From a virus (taxonomy: Duplodnaviria; Caudoviricetes), in the IMG/VR virus record IMGVR_UViG_3300033480_000007, positions 1 to 42,915 of that record: a DNA stretch of 42,915 nt, one strand, 5' to 3'. The translations under genes were made by a program, and so were the position numbers. The notes under the pieces were generated by a model, which ran no database searches, was not told where the DNA came from, and was given only the letters and a program-made list of their open reading frames with translations. Of this stretch, positions 37,176 to 42,915 are shown piece by piece. The first letter of the stretch is position 1, and each line of letters begins with the position of its first letter.

Positions 37176-37388
37176 TTATACCGCTACCGTTTCATCGTTC
37201 TTTATCCATCTCCACACGTAGATCGTACTGGAGTTTTTGAATTTGATTGTGAAGCCTACGCGCCAGTCCAATCCGCAAGCCTTGATGTTGCACTCGACCC
37301 AATCTTTTATTTCCTGCTTGGTATTCTTGCGCTGTCCGCCGACATCTTGTTCTTGCCCATCAATTTGCGCCATCAATTTGTACCGCAT
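37176..37388 (-). CDS. Cassette 1 hypothetical protein
   Basis: MRYKLM with GGAGA SD; stop inside the GTTATAC core. Confidence 0.7.
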   Translation of the reverse strand: MRYKLMAQIDGQEQDVGGQRKNTKQEIKDWVECNIKACGLDWRVGFTIKFKNSSTIYVWRWIKNDETVAV

Positions 37389-37407
37389 CACATCTCCCAA
37401 GAAAATC

Positions 37408-37470
37408 GTATAACTCAGCGTTCGAGCGGGACGCTGGTGAAGCGCCGCGCCCCTCAACTAATCGTTAGGC
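37408..37470 (+). mobile_element. attC site
   Basis: GTATAAC-TCAGC-GTT(C)GAG...CTCAAC-TAATC-GTTAGGC. Confidence 0.9.
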
Positions 37471-37626
37471 ACCAATCCACACCAGCTCAGTGCCAAGCCA
37501 AAACAGGCTAATGTTCTTGCCCCATCTAACAACTTTCGGTGTCCACCTGAATTTCGGGTATCCACCAGAAAACAAAAGCCGTCCGTCAATCAGCACTTTG
37601 TTTCTCGTCCAGTCATGTATCTTCAT
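37465..37626 (-). CDS. Cassette 2 hypothetical protein
   Basis: MKIHDW, 53 aa; stop in core. Confidence 0.65.
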   Translation of the reverse strand: MKIHDWTRNKVLIDGRLLFSGGYPKFRWTPKVVRWGKNISLFWLGTELVWIGA

Positions 37627-37644
37627 CGTCAACCTTTCTGCCGC

Positions 37645-37702
37645 GCCTAACACGGCATTCAAGGCGGACTGCTTCGCAGCCGCTTAATTTTGTTCGTTAG
37701 AT
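37645..37702 (+). mobile_element. attC site
   Basis: GCCTAAC-ACGGC-ATT(C)AAG..CTGCTTCGCAG..CTTAAT..GTTAGAT, classic 59-base-element form. Confidence 0.92.
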
Positions 37703-37867
37703 ACTCGCCAAAATACCTTGGCAATCTCGTTTCGCATTCCCGCGCACAATGCATCCACACTTCGGCCATGATTTGCAGTCTTGCGGCTTGTGCGCGTCTT
37801 TTTCGTGCTGGTTGCGATGCGACGCTTTCTCGAATTCCTTGTCGCATTTTCGGCATTTGATAATCAT
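37697..37867 (-). CDS. Cassette 3 C2H2 zinc-finger protein (56 aa, not in the ORF track)
   Basis: MIIKCRKCDKEFEKASHRNQHEKDAH..., GGAGG SD, stop in core. Confidence 0.75.
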   Translation of the reverse strand: MIIKCRKCDKEFEKASHRNQHEKDAHKPQDCKSWPKCGCIVRGNAKRDCQGILASI

Positions 37868-37879
37868 CCCCGCCCCTCC

Positions 37880-37900
37880 GTATCTAATTCTGCGTTATGC
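37880..37900 (+). mobile_element. Collapsed attC
   Basis: GTATCTAA fused directly to TTCTGC-GTTATGC. Confidence 0.7.
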
Positions 37901-37933
37901 CCCCTATCACAGAGTGGCGGTTCGTTAAATTAC

Positions 37934-38026
37934 CTACACTTTGTTGATGCCTTCCCACCCTTTGTCAGTTACCCAGCTTGGGTCAATATCACCGCTACCG
38001 GCTCCAATGCTTGCGTCTCCGTCCAT
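37934..38026 (-). CDS. Cassette 4 peptide (30 aa)
   Basis: AGGAGG SD 8 nt before ATG; MDGDASIGAG... Confidence 0.5.
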   Translation of the reverse strand: MDGDASIGAGSGDIDPSWVTDKGWEGINKV

Positions 38027-38054
38027 AGTTCTCACCTCCTTCCCGCCCCGATGG

Positions 38055-38123
38055 GCATAACCTTACATTCGAGCGGGACTGTCCGATAAAAGCCTCGTCC
38101 AGCCCCTCAATTACACGTTAGGC
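38055..38123 (+). mobile_element. attC site
   Basis: GCATAAC-CTTAC-ATT(C)GAG-CGGGACTG...CAGCCC-CTCAAT-TACAC-GTTAGGC. Confidence 0.92.
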
Positions 38124-38237
38124 ACTTCTGATTACCCATCCAAAATGAGCCGGGTAAACTTTCGCTGCATCTTCGTATGACCGAAACTTAACTGTTTCGA
38201 CATATTTTCCGTGCTGGTAAATATCAAAGTATTTCAT
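38118..38237 (-). CDS. Cassette 5 peptide (39 aa, not in the ORF track)
   Basis: MKYFDIYQHGKYVETVKF..., AAGGA SD, stop in core. Confidence 0.65.
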   Translation of the reverse strand: MKYFDIYQHGKYVETVKFRSYEDAAKVYPAHFGWVIRSA

Positions 38238-38253
38238 TTCAAATCCTTTCCGT

Positions 38254-38337
38254 GCCTAACTTTACGTTCGAGCGTAGCGCCCGAAGCGTGGTTGTTGTTC
38301 AAAAATTTATACGCGCCCGCTCAACTTCTAGTTATGC
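38254..38337 (+). mobile_element. attC site
   Basis: GCCTAAC-TTTAC-GTT(C)GAGCG...CGCTCAAC-TTCTA-GTTATGC. Confidence 0.9.
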
Positions 38338-38556
38338 CCCATGATTCTTCGCCATTTCAAATGCCTGTTTCATGCACTCAACATATTCCGCCGCTTCCGA
38401 AATATCGCTGGGCAGGCAGGTGCTCGATCCTGTGTGCCACTTGCCGAAAATCTGGTTTGAGAGAGTGATAATTTCGCGGTCATTTACATACCCGGTAATC
38501 CGCGTCACCGCTTCGTTGCAGCTTTTCGTCACTTCAATTTTTATTGCCATTTCCAT
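38332..38556 (-). CDS. Cassette 6 hypothetical protein
   Basis: 74-aa ORF (ATG at 38550 fits the SD better); stop in core. Confidence 0.7.
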   Translation of the reverse strand: MEMAIKIEVTKSCNEAVTRITGYVNDREIITLSNQIFGKWHTGSSTCLPSDISEAAEYVECMKQAFEMAKNHGA

Positions 38557-38570
38557 CTCCCGTTAAAGGC

Positions 38571-38650
38571 GCATAACTACTCGCTCAACACCGCTCCACT
38601 TCGTTCCGCTCGGACACGCCTACGGCGTGCCGGTTATGTTGACGTTAGAC
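38571..38650 (+). mobile_element. attC site
   Basis: GCATAAC-TACTC-GCT(C)AAC...CACGCCTACGGCGTG-CCGGTTA..GTTAGAC. Confidence 0.85.
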
Positions 38651-38820
38651 GCCAATCTCGAACGCATGGAATACCAGCGCCCCGCCTTGCGTAGTTTGGA
38701 CGCGTACTTTCGCAGCCGCTCGGCGTCGTCCCGATGCACCCACTCTTGCACCGGCACCAGTCCCGCCTCGCGCTTGCGCTCTCGTTCCTGTTGCTTCCGC
38801 ACTGCTGCGGTGGCGCTCAT
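38620..38820 (-). CDS. Cassette 7 basic DNA-binding/antitoxin-like protein
   Basis: RKQQERERKREAGLVPVQEWVH pattern; ATGA coupling; reads into the attC. Confidence 0.6.
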   Translation of the reverse strand: MSATAAVRKQQERERKREAGLVPVQEWVHRDDAERLRKYASKLRKAGRWYSMRSRLASNVNITGTP

Positions 38821-39074
38821 GCCAGCAACCTCTTCAACGCTGCTACTTGCTTCTTCGCTTCGCGCTGCGCTGCCTTGTCGCCGTACTCGCAAATCAGTTC
38901 ATCGTTACTCTGATGCCCACCTTCAAAGAAACAGGAAAGCACATACTTGGCCTCGCTCAATATCTCTGCGTCCGTGTAGCTTTCTAGCTTCCGCTTATCG
39001 TCGGCGGCAATGTTCTGCAAACTCACTTCCAATTCCCGAATCTTAAGCGCTTTCTGCAAAATCGTCTGCTTCAT
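38817..39074 (-). CDS. Cassette 7 hypothetical protein
   Basis: MKQTIL with AAGGGG SD, downstream of the promoter. Confidence 0.7.
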   Translation of the reverse strand: MKQTILQKALKIRELEVSLQNIAADDKRKLESYTDAEILSEAKYVLSCFFEGGHQSNDELICEYGDKAAQREAKKQVAALKRLLA

Positions 39075-39103
39075 GGTCTGCCCCTTTATCAAGTTACAAA
39101 CCA

Positions 39104-39132
39104 ATTATAGCATGTGACATGTCACAAGTCAA
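39104..39132 (-). promoter_or_regulatory. Cassette-internal promoter with palindromic operator
   Basis: TTGACT-17 bp-TATAAT; TGTGACATGTCACA palindrome at 39113-39126. Confidence 0.85.
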
Positions 39133-39137
39133 GTGCG

Positions 39138-39225
39138 GCATAACCCGTCATTCCAGCGAACCGCGCCGAAGCGTGGCACGCTGTAGTTTAGTTGTCAGCG
39201 CGGTCGCTGAATTCAGGCGTTAAGC
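39138..39225 (+). mobile_element. attC site
   Basis: GCATAAC-CCGTC-ATT(C)CAGCGA...TCGCTGAAT-TCAGGC-GTTAAGC. Confidence 0.92.
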
Positions 39226-39231
39226 ACTGGC

Positions 39232-39444
39232 TTATTGATTGTATGGATATTCGAGTGCGCGTTTAACCGCAGCAAGCGTATTTTCTGCATTCTCGCGCTT
39301 GGTTTCCTCTGAAAGATGCTCTAATTGCAGGGACAAAAACATTTCTGTTATCTCCGCCGCCGAGTACGGCGTCCTCCCATCTTCCTTGCATAAAACTCGC
39401 TCACGCTCGTTTATGTAAATTACATCTGTTTTGTATTTCATCAT
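39232..39444 (-). CDS. Cassette 8 hypothetical protein
   Basis: 70-aa ORF filling the cassette. Confidence 0.65.
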   Translation of the reverse strand: MMKYKTDVIYINERERVLCKEDGRTPYSAAEITEMFLSLQLEHLSEETKRENAENTLAAVKRALEYPYNQ

Positions 39445-39467
39445 TCATCTCTTAGTTGTTGGTTCGT

Positions 39468-39554
39468 TCCTAACCCGTCATTCCAGCGAACCGCGCCGAA
39501 GCGTGGCACGCTGTAGTTCATTTCTCAGCGTTGACGCTGAATTCTGCGTTATGC
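39468..39554 (+). mobile_element. attC site
   Basis: TCCTAAC-CCGTC-ATT(C)CAG...CTGAAT-TCTGC-GTTATGC; left half identical to the previous attC. Confidence 0.9.
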
Positions 39555-39764
39555 CCCATAGTACGGGCAGTGGTCTTGAAATTCGGTCTTGCGGTTTATC
39601 CATCCATGCTTATTGTATGGATGGATTGCATGTATCCACGCCTTGCACGCCGGAAGTGGTGGCAGTTTATATTCGTAGGTGCATTTACCGTCGCCAGACG
39701 GATGCAATTTCCCAGCGTCGGTTTTCTTCCATTCCGCAAATTTGCAGCCTTTACAGTTTTTCAT
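39549..39764 (-). CDS. Cassette 9 Cys-rich protein
   Basis: MKNCKGCK...GKLHPSGDGKC; stop in core. Confidence 0.75.
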   Translation of the reverse strand: MKNCKGCKFAEWKKTDAGKLHPSGDGKCTYEYKLPPLPACKAWIHAIHPYNKHGWINRKTEFQDHCPYYGA

Positions 39765-39784
39765 TTCATTCTCCGTTAAAACCG

Positions 39785-39803
39785 GCATAACTTTTAGTTA
39801 GGC
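39785..39803 (+). mobile_element. Collapsed attC
   Basis: GCATAAC-TTTTA-GTTAGGC. Confidence 0.7.
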
Positions 39804-40022
39804 ACGGTTGTAATAAGTGCAGTGATCTTTCAAATCGCTGCGCCTGTTTATAAACCCACCGCATGGCTTGGGTTCGTTCGTCGTGTGCCAATACATGCTC
39901 GCCGGTAACGGTGGCAAGGTATAGACGAATGCCATTTTGCATTTACCATCACCTGACGGGTGCAATTTCCCCGCTGCTGTTTTCTTCCAGTCAGCGTGTT
40001 TGCAATCTGTGCAGTTTTTCAT
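39798..40022 (-). CDS. Cassette 10 Cys-rich protein, paralog of cassette 9
   Basis: MKNCTDCK...GKLHPSGDGKC; stop in core. Confidence 0.75.
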   Translation of the reverse strand: MKNCTDCKHADWKKTAAGKLHPSGDGKCKMAFVYTLPPLPASMYWHTTNEPKPCGGFINRRSDLKDHCTYYNRA

Positions 40023-40204
40023 TTCATTCTTCACCTATTCGCGGTTGGTTATGTAGCCTAAAGGCTCCTGCTTCCTGCTATCTTCAATCTGCTGGCGCAG
40101 AGATGCGTTCTCTATCTCTAATTGACGAGCAATTGCCACATCAACCACAGCAATATGATTGTCTATATAAAATAAACTAGCATCCGTGATTGGAGTTGTG
40201 TTCA

Positions 40205-40432
40205 TTATGCCCTCCAGACGAAAAACAGACTTCCATCTTCCTCAAATTTCTTAATCTCTCCGTGCGACACATTCTGCCAACACAGAGCGCCATCATTGGG
40301 TATGCCAGCCGCAATAAGCTGGTCAGTGATATACAGGTTCCATTCCATTACTGACTTGAATTTCTCACGGTCAGAACACGGAATGCATACGCTAATATCT
40401 GGTACGTGTTTGTTTTGTGCCATGTTCATCAC
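40205..40432 (-). CDS. Hypothetical protein
   Basis: 75-aa ORF abutting the upstream ORF. Confidence 0.55.
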   Translation of the reverse strand: MMNMAQNKHVPDISVCIPCSDREKFKSVMEWNLYITDQLIAAGIPNDGALCWQNVSHGEIKKFEEDGSLFFVWRA

Positions 40433-40642
40433 CTACGGAATAGTAACCACAACAATTACAGCAGTAACAATAATACGCCATATTGAGCCGTATTGCTGCA
40501 CCCTTCCAGAATACAATGACGCAACACAGTGCGCATGTTGTTCATTTTGTACTTCAACCGTTTTTTGTGATGCATTCAGCATGCGCACTACACATGGTAT
40601 CATCACTCTCATGCCATTATTGTAACATATAATATGTTGCAT
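40433..40642 (-). CDS. Hypothetical protein
   Basis: MQHII start with GGAGG SD, downstream of the promoter. Confidence 0.55.
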   Translation of the reverse strand: MQHIICYNNGMRVMIPCVVRMLNASQKTVEVQNEQHAHCVASLYSGRVQQYGSIWRIIVTAVIVVVTIP

Positions 40643-40675
40643 GACAACCTCCATTTGGTATTTTTCTGAGATTGC

Positions 40676-40745
40676 ACGGTACTACAAATCACATAAAAAG
40701 TCAAGTTAAATTTCTCTTGACATTTAAAAACTGCTATGGTAATGT
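40676..40745. promoter_or_regulatory. Divergent promoter pair
   Basis: Minus: TTGACT(40704)-17 bp-TACCGT; plus: TTGACA(40717)-17 bp-TAATGT. Confidence 0.5.
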
Positions 40746-40789
40746 GCGTCACATGAAAGATTGATTAACGTAACAAATGGAGCCACAAA

Positions 40790-41494
40790 ATGAAAACGAT
40801 TACCCTGAAACAATTAAAGGATGCTGATGCTTGCGCAAAGCAAGTCCGGTTGTTTGAAAAAACATTTGGCGGAGAAGTTGAAGTAACTGTTGGGGCTGCG
40901 CTGGAATACGCACATGTGTTTGATTTTGATTTTGCTGCGCGTAATTTTCTGGAGCAGGCTGCATGGAAAGATTACAAGGAAGAAACGGCTGCTGCATGGA
41001 AAGCTTACAATGAAGCAATGGCTCCTGCACAGAAAGCTTACAATGAAGCAACGGCTGCTGCACAGAAAGCTTACGATGAAGCAACGGCTCCTGCACGGAA
41101 AGCTTACGATGAAGCAAAGGCTGATGCATGGAAAGCTTACAATGAAGCAACGGCTCCTGCACGGAAAGCTTACGAGGAAGCAACGGCTCCTGCACGGAAA
41201 GCTTACAATGAAGCAACGGTTGCTGCACGGAAAGCTTACAATGAAGCAACGGCTCCTGCACGGAAAGCTTACAATGAAGCAACGGCTCCTGCACTGCAAT
41301 CTTACAATGAAGCAACGGCTCCTGCACAGAAAGCTTACAATGAAGCAACGGCTGCTGCACAAAAAGATTACAAGGAAGCAACGGCTGCTGCATGGAAAGC
41401 TTACAATGAAGCAACTGCTCCTGCACGGAAAGCTTACGATGAAGCAATGGCTGTGGCCTTTGCAACGGCTTATCTTAATCAACAGGAGAAATAA
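40790..41494 (+). CDS. 11-residue-repeat helical protein, copy 2 (15 repeats)
   Basis: Near-identical N- and C-termini to 844..1350. Confidence 0.85.
   Translation: MKTITLKQLKDADACAKQVRLFEKTFGGEVEVTVGAALEYAHVFDFDFAARNFLEQAAWKDYKEETAAAWKAYNEAMAPAQKAYNEATAAAQKAYDEATAPARKAYDEAKADAWKAYNEATAPARKAYEEATAPARKAYNEATVAARKAYNEATAPARKAYNEATAPALQSYNEATAPAQKAYNEATAAAQKDYKEATAAAWKAYNEATAPARKAYDEAMAVAFATAYLNQQEK
40958..41452 (+). repeat. 33-bp coding tandem repeat, 15 units
   Basis: Units such as cctgcacggaaagcttacaatgaagcaacggct. Confidence 0.95.
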
Positions 41495-41617
41495 ATGAAC
41501 ACACCAACAATACCAGTTACACAACCTGCATCACCTTGGAGTAAAATCGTACCGCTATCAAAGGTGGTTACACCAAAACCACCAGTAGTGCGAGTTATCA
41601 AGGGTAAGCAGTATTAA
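41495..41617 (+). CDS. Pro-rich 40-aa peptide
   Basis: TAAATG coupling with AGGAG SD; MNTPTIPVTQP... Confidence 0.35.
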   Translation: MNTPTIPVTQPASPWSKIVPLSKVVTPKPPVVRVIKGKQY

Positions 41618-42213
41618 GCAAGGTCAGCATCATCTTGGCTAATGATTACCTTACCTGCGTTGATGCTGACACCACCATCTTTCAACAATCCAAAATGACG
41701 CATGGCACGGTCTATGGCTTGTATTTTATCAAACGCTTTAAACTTACGCGTTTCTCCAACCACCTTCATACCAGTATCAGTTTTTTCTTTATCCAAATAA
41801 ACATCAATCCCTGACACGGCAGCAGCAGTATCATCATCCAATTCATCTACATTTTTTAGAGTGCCATCAGGATTGTACAGCTTTCGTATATCGAACTGCA
41901 CTATGGCGGCAAGTTGCTGCATCACACTGTCAGCAGTCAGATTAAATTTCTCCTGTTTGGATTCCATCTTTGCTTTGAGTTTTTCTTGAATATATGGCAC
42001 GCGCAGCAGATTACATGCGATAGCTGATGCTGTTTTTTCAGAATACCCGGCTGCAATAGCAGATGCTTTCCCGTTGCTCCATGTGTGACCTTTAGCCACA
42101 TATGCAGCTATGAATAAATCATAGCGCATCTTTGTAGACGCGCATATTTTTGCAGGCTCACCCGGAACTCTCTTGGCTCTCTTTGGTGGTTTAATAGTGC
42201 GCTTGTTTGTCAT
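41614..42213 (-). CDS. terS: Terminase small subunit
   Basis: FIAAYV..NGKASAIAAGYSEKTA..IACNLL HTH motif; LYNPDGTLK; DKIQAID...HFG. Confidence 0.9.
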   Translation of the reverse strand: MTNKRTIKPPKRAKRVPGEPAKICASTKMRYDLFIAAYVAKGHTWSNGKASAIAAGYSEKTASAIACNLLRVPYIQEKLKAKMESKQEKFNLTADSVMQQLAAIVQFDIRKLYNPDGTLKNVDELDDDTAAAVSGIDVYLDKEKTDTGMKVVGETRKFKAFDKIQAIDRAMRHFGLLKDGGVSINAGKVIISQDDADLA

Positions 42214-42315
42214 GATCGTCTGGTTGAGCTAAATATGATATGGCCCCGATAGACAGGCTGGTAAATATAATACCAACCAACAAACCAAGCAGGAATGCTA
42301 TCATCAGGCCAGCCA

Positions 42316-42528
42316 TTACAATTTCTCTACAGTTGTAGCAGATGGCTTGATGGTTGAACTGAGATGAGAACCTATTGACTCCGAATTCAGCATAGCCTGA
42401 TATTGCTGCGATGAAATACCGTGGTAGTTGTATTCTCCGCCATTCAAAAATCGCACGCGCAATATGTTCTGCTCAGGGTCATGGCCTATTGAATCAATGT
42501 TTGTTGACTTTACTTTCTTGAGATTCAT
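42316..42528 (-). CDS. KTSC-domain protein
   Basis: VKSTNIDSIGHD...LRVRFLNGGEYNY.GI....Y..ML.SESIGS. Confidence 0.9.
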   Translation of the reverse strand: MNLKKVKSTNIDSIGHDPEQNILRVRFLNGGEYNYHGISSQQYQAMLNSESIGSHLSSTIKPSATTVEKL

Positions 42529-42712
42529 CTTTTGGTTCCTCACGAATGACAAAATAAATACCATCACCAACTACCACTGTGGTTTTTTGATGCGGATTCA
42601 GCACGGATTTATCCAGAGACATTTTGCCTCCACCGTCCAGTAACGTAATACGTTCAACCACCAATTGATTCCGTGATTGACCATCCTGATTCTCTATCAG
42701 AATTTTTATCAT
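42494..42712 (-). CDS. Hypothetical protein
   Basis: 72-aa ORF in operon context. Confidence 0.55.
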   Translation of the reverse strand: MIKILIENQDGQSRNQLVVERITLLDGGGKMSLDKSVLNPHQKTTVVVGDGIYFVIREEPKDESQESKVNKH

Positions 42713-42714
42713 AT

Positions 42715-42915
42715 TTAGTCTTTCGTCAAGATGTGTCCGTCAGCGCCCAACAACCTGACATTCACATTATCATCAACAGTACCAGTATTACCAGCTGCAC
42801 CAGGTTCATCTTCTCGCCCTATATCAGAACCCCATTCTTCCTCACCAGCAAAAGCATTTGGTATAATCAATTCACCAGTTGGGCATAAGTCAACAATAAT
42901 GGCAGCAGCAAGTTT
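42715..42915 (-). CDS. Partial hypothetical protein (5' end outside the window)
   Basis: Open frame from the window edge: KLAAAIIVDLCP...ILTKD*. Confidence 0.5.
   Translation of the reverse strand, partial: KLAAAIIVDLCPTGELIIPNAFAGEEEWGSDIGREDEPGAAGNTGTVDDNVNVRLLGADGHILTKD

Larger units (their letters stand above)
37175..40062 (+). mobile_element. Integron-type cassette array lacking integrase (CALIN-like), 10 units
   Basis: Seven full attC sites and two collapsed ones, each separating 1-2 small ORFs. Confidence 0.9.

Noticed and set aside
37659-37856. ORF-track 65-aa protein MPKMRQ
   Set aside because: The alternative frame 37697..37867 has an SD, a zinc-finger motif and a stop in the core like its neighbours
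37408-39554. attC hairpins as REP elements, terminators or CRISPR repeats
   Set aside because: Variable sequence but fixed core/spacer/L-box geometry with an extra base; no U-tails; one per gene unit
40958-41452. 33-bp repeats as a CRISPR array
   Set aside because: Contiguous in-frame coding units without unique spacers; no cas genes
844-41494. Duplicated repeat gene as a DGR template/variable pair
   Set aside because: No reverse transcriptase in the window; differences are unit number and order, not adenine-specific substitutions
834-41499. Duplicate as terminal redundancy or circular overlap
   Set aside because: Flanks differ on both sides and the copies have point differences and different repeat counts
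1-42915. Integron integrase or phage integrase
   Set aside because: No ORF with tyrosine-recombinase R-H-R-Y motifs is visible; one could lie outside the window

Overview
A 43-kb segment of a podovirus-like tailed phage or prophage, with a proteobacterial host likely but not provable from this window. The + strand early end carries ssb, an AAA+ ATPase and small ORFs. The long minus-strand late region runs terS, [accessory island], terL, two tRNAs, fibre-like genes, portal, scaffold, N4-gp56-type major capsid, five paralogous capsid-accessory genes, adaptor, tail nozzle, ejection proteins, a 3127-aa polyvalent protein and a lysis cassette. The main finding is an integron-type cassette array (about 37175-40062) between terS and terL, with 7 intact attC sites, 2 collapsed attC sites, 10 cassette units and no integrase in the window. 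Every cassette ORF is inverted relative to canonical attC polarity, is co-oriented with phage transcription, and mostly stops inside the GTTA core. A further attC with the same inverted arrangement lies at 3107-3197. Also notable: the giant protein holds GGDEF-like, SAM-lyase-like, three ART-like and a split metallopeptidase module; a 33-bp-repeat gene is duplicated; and a promoter/operator motif recurs. All protein calls come from motif recognition and synteny, not database searches.
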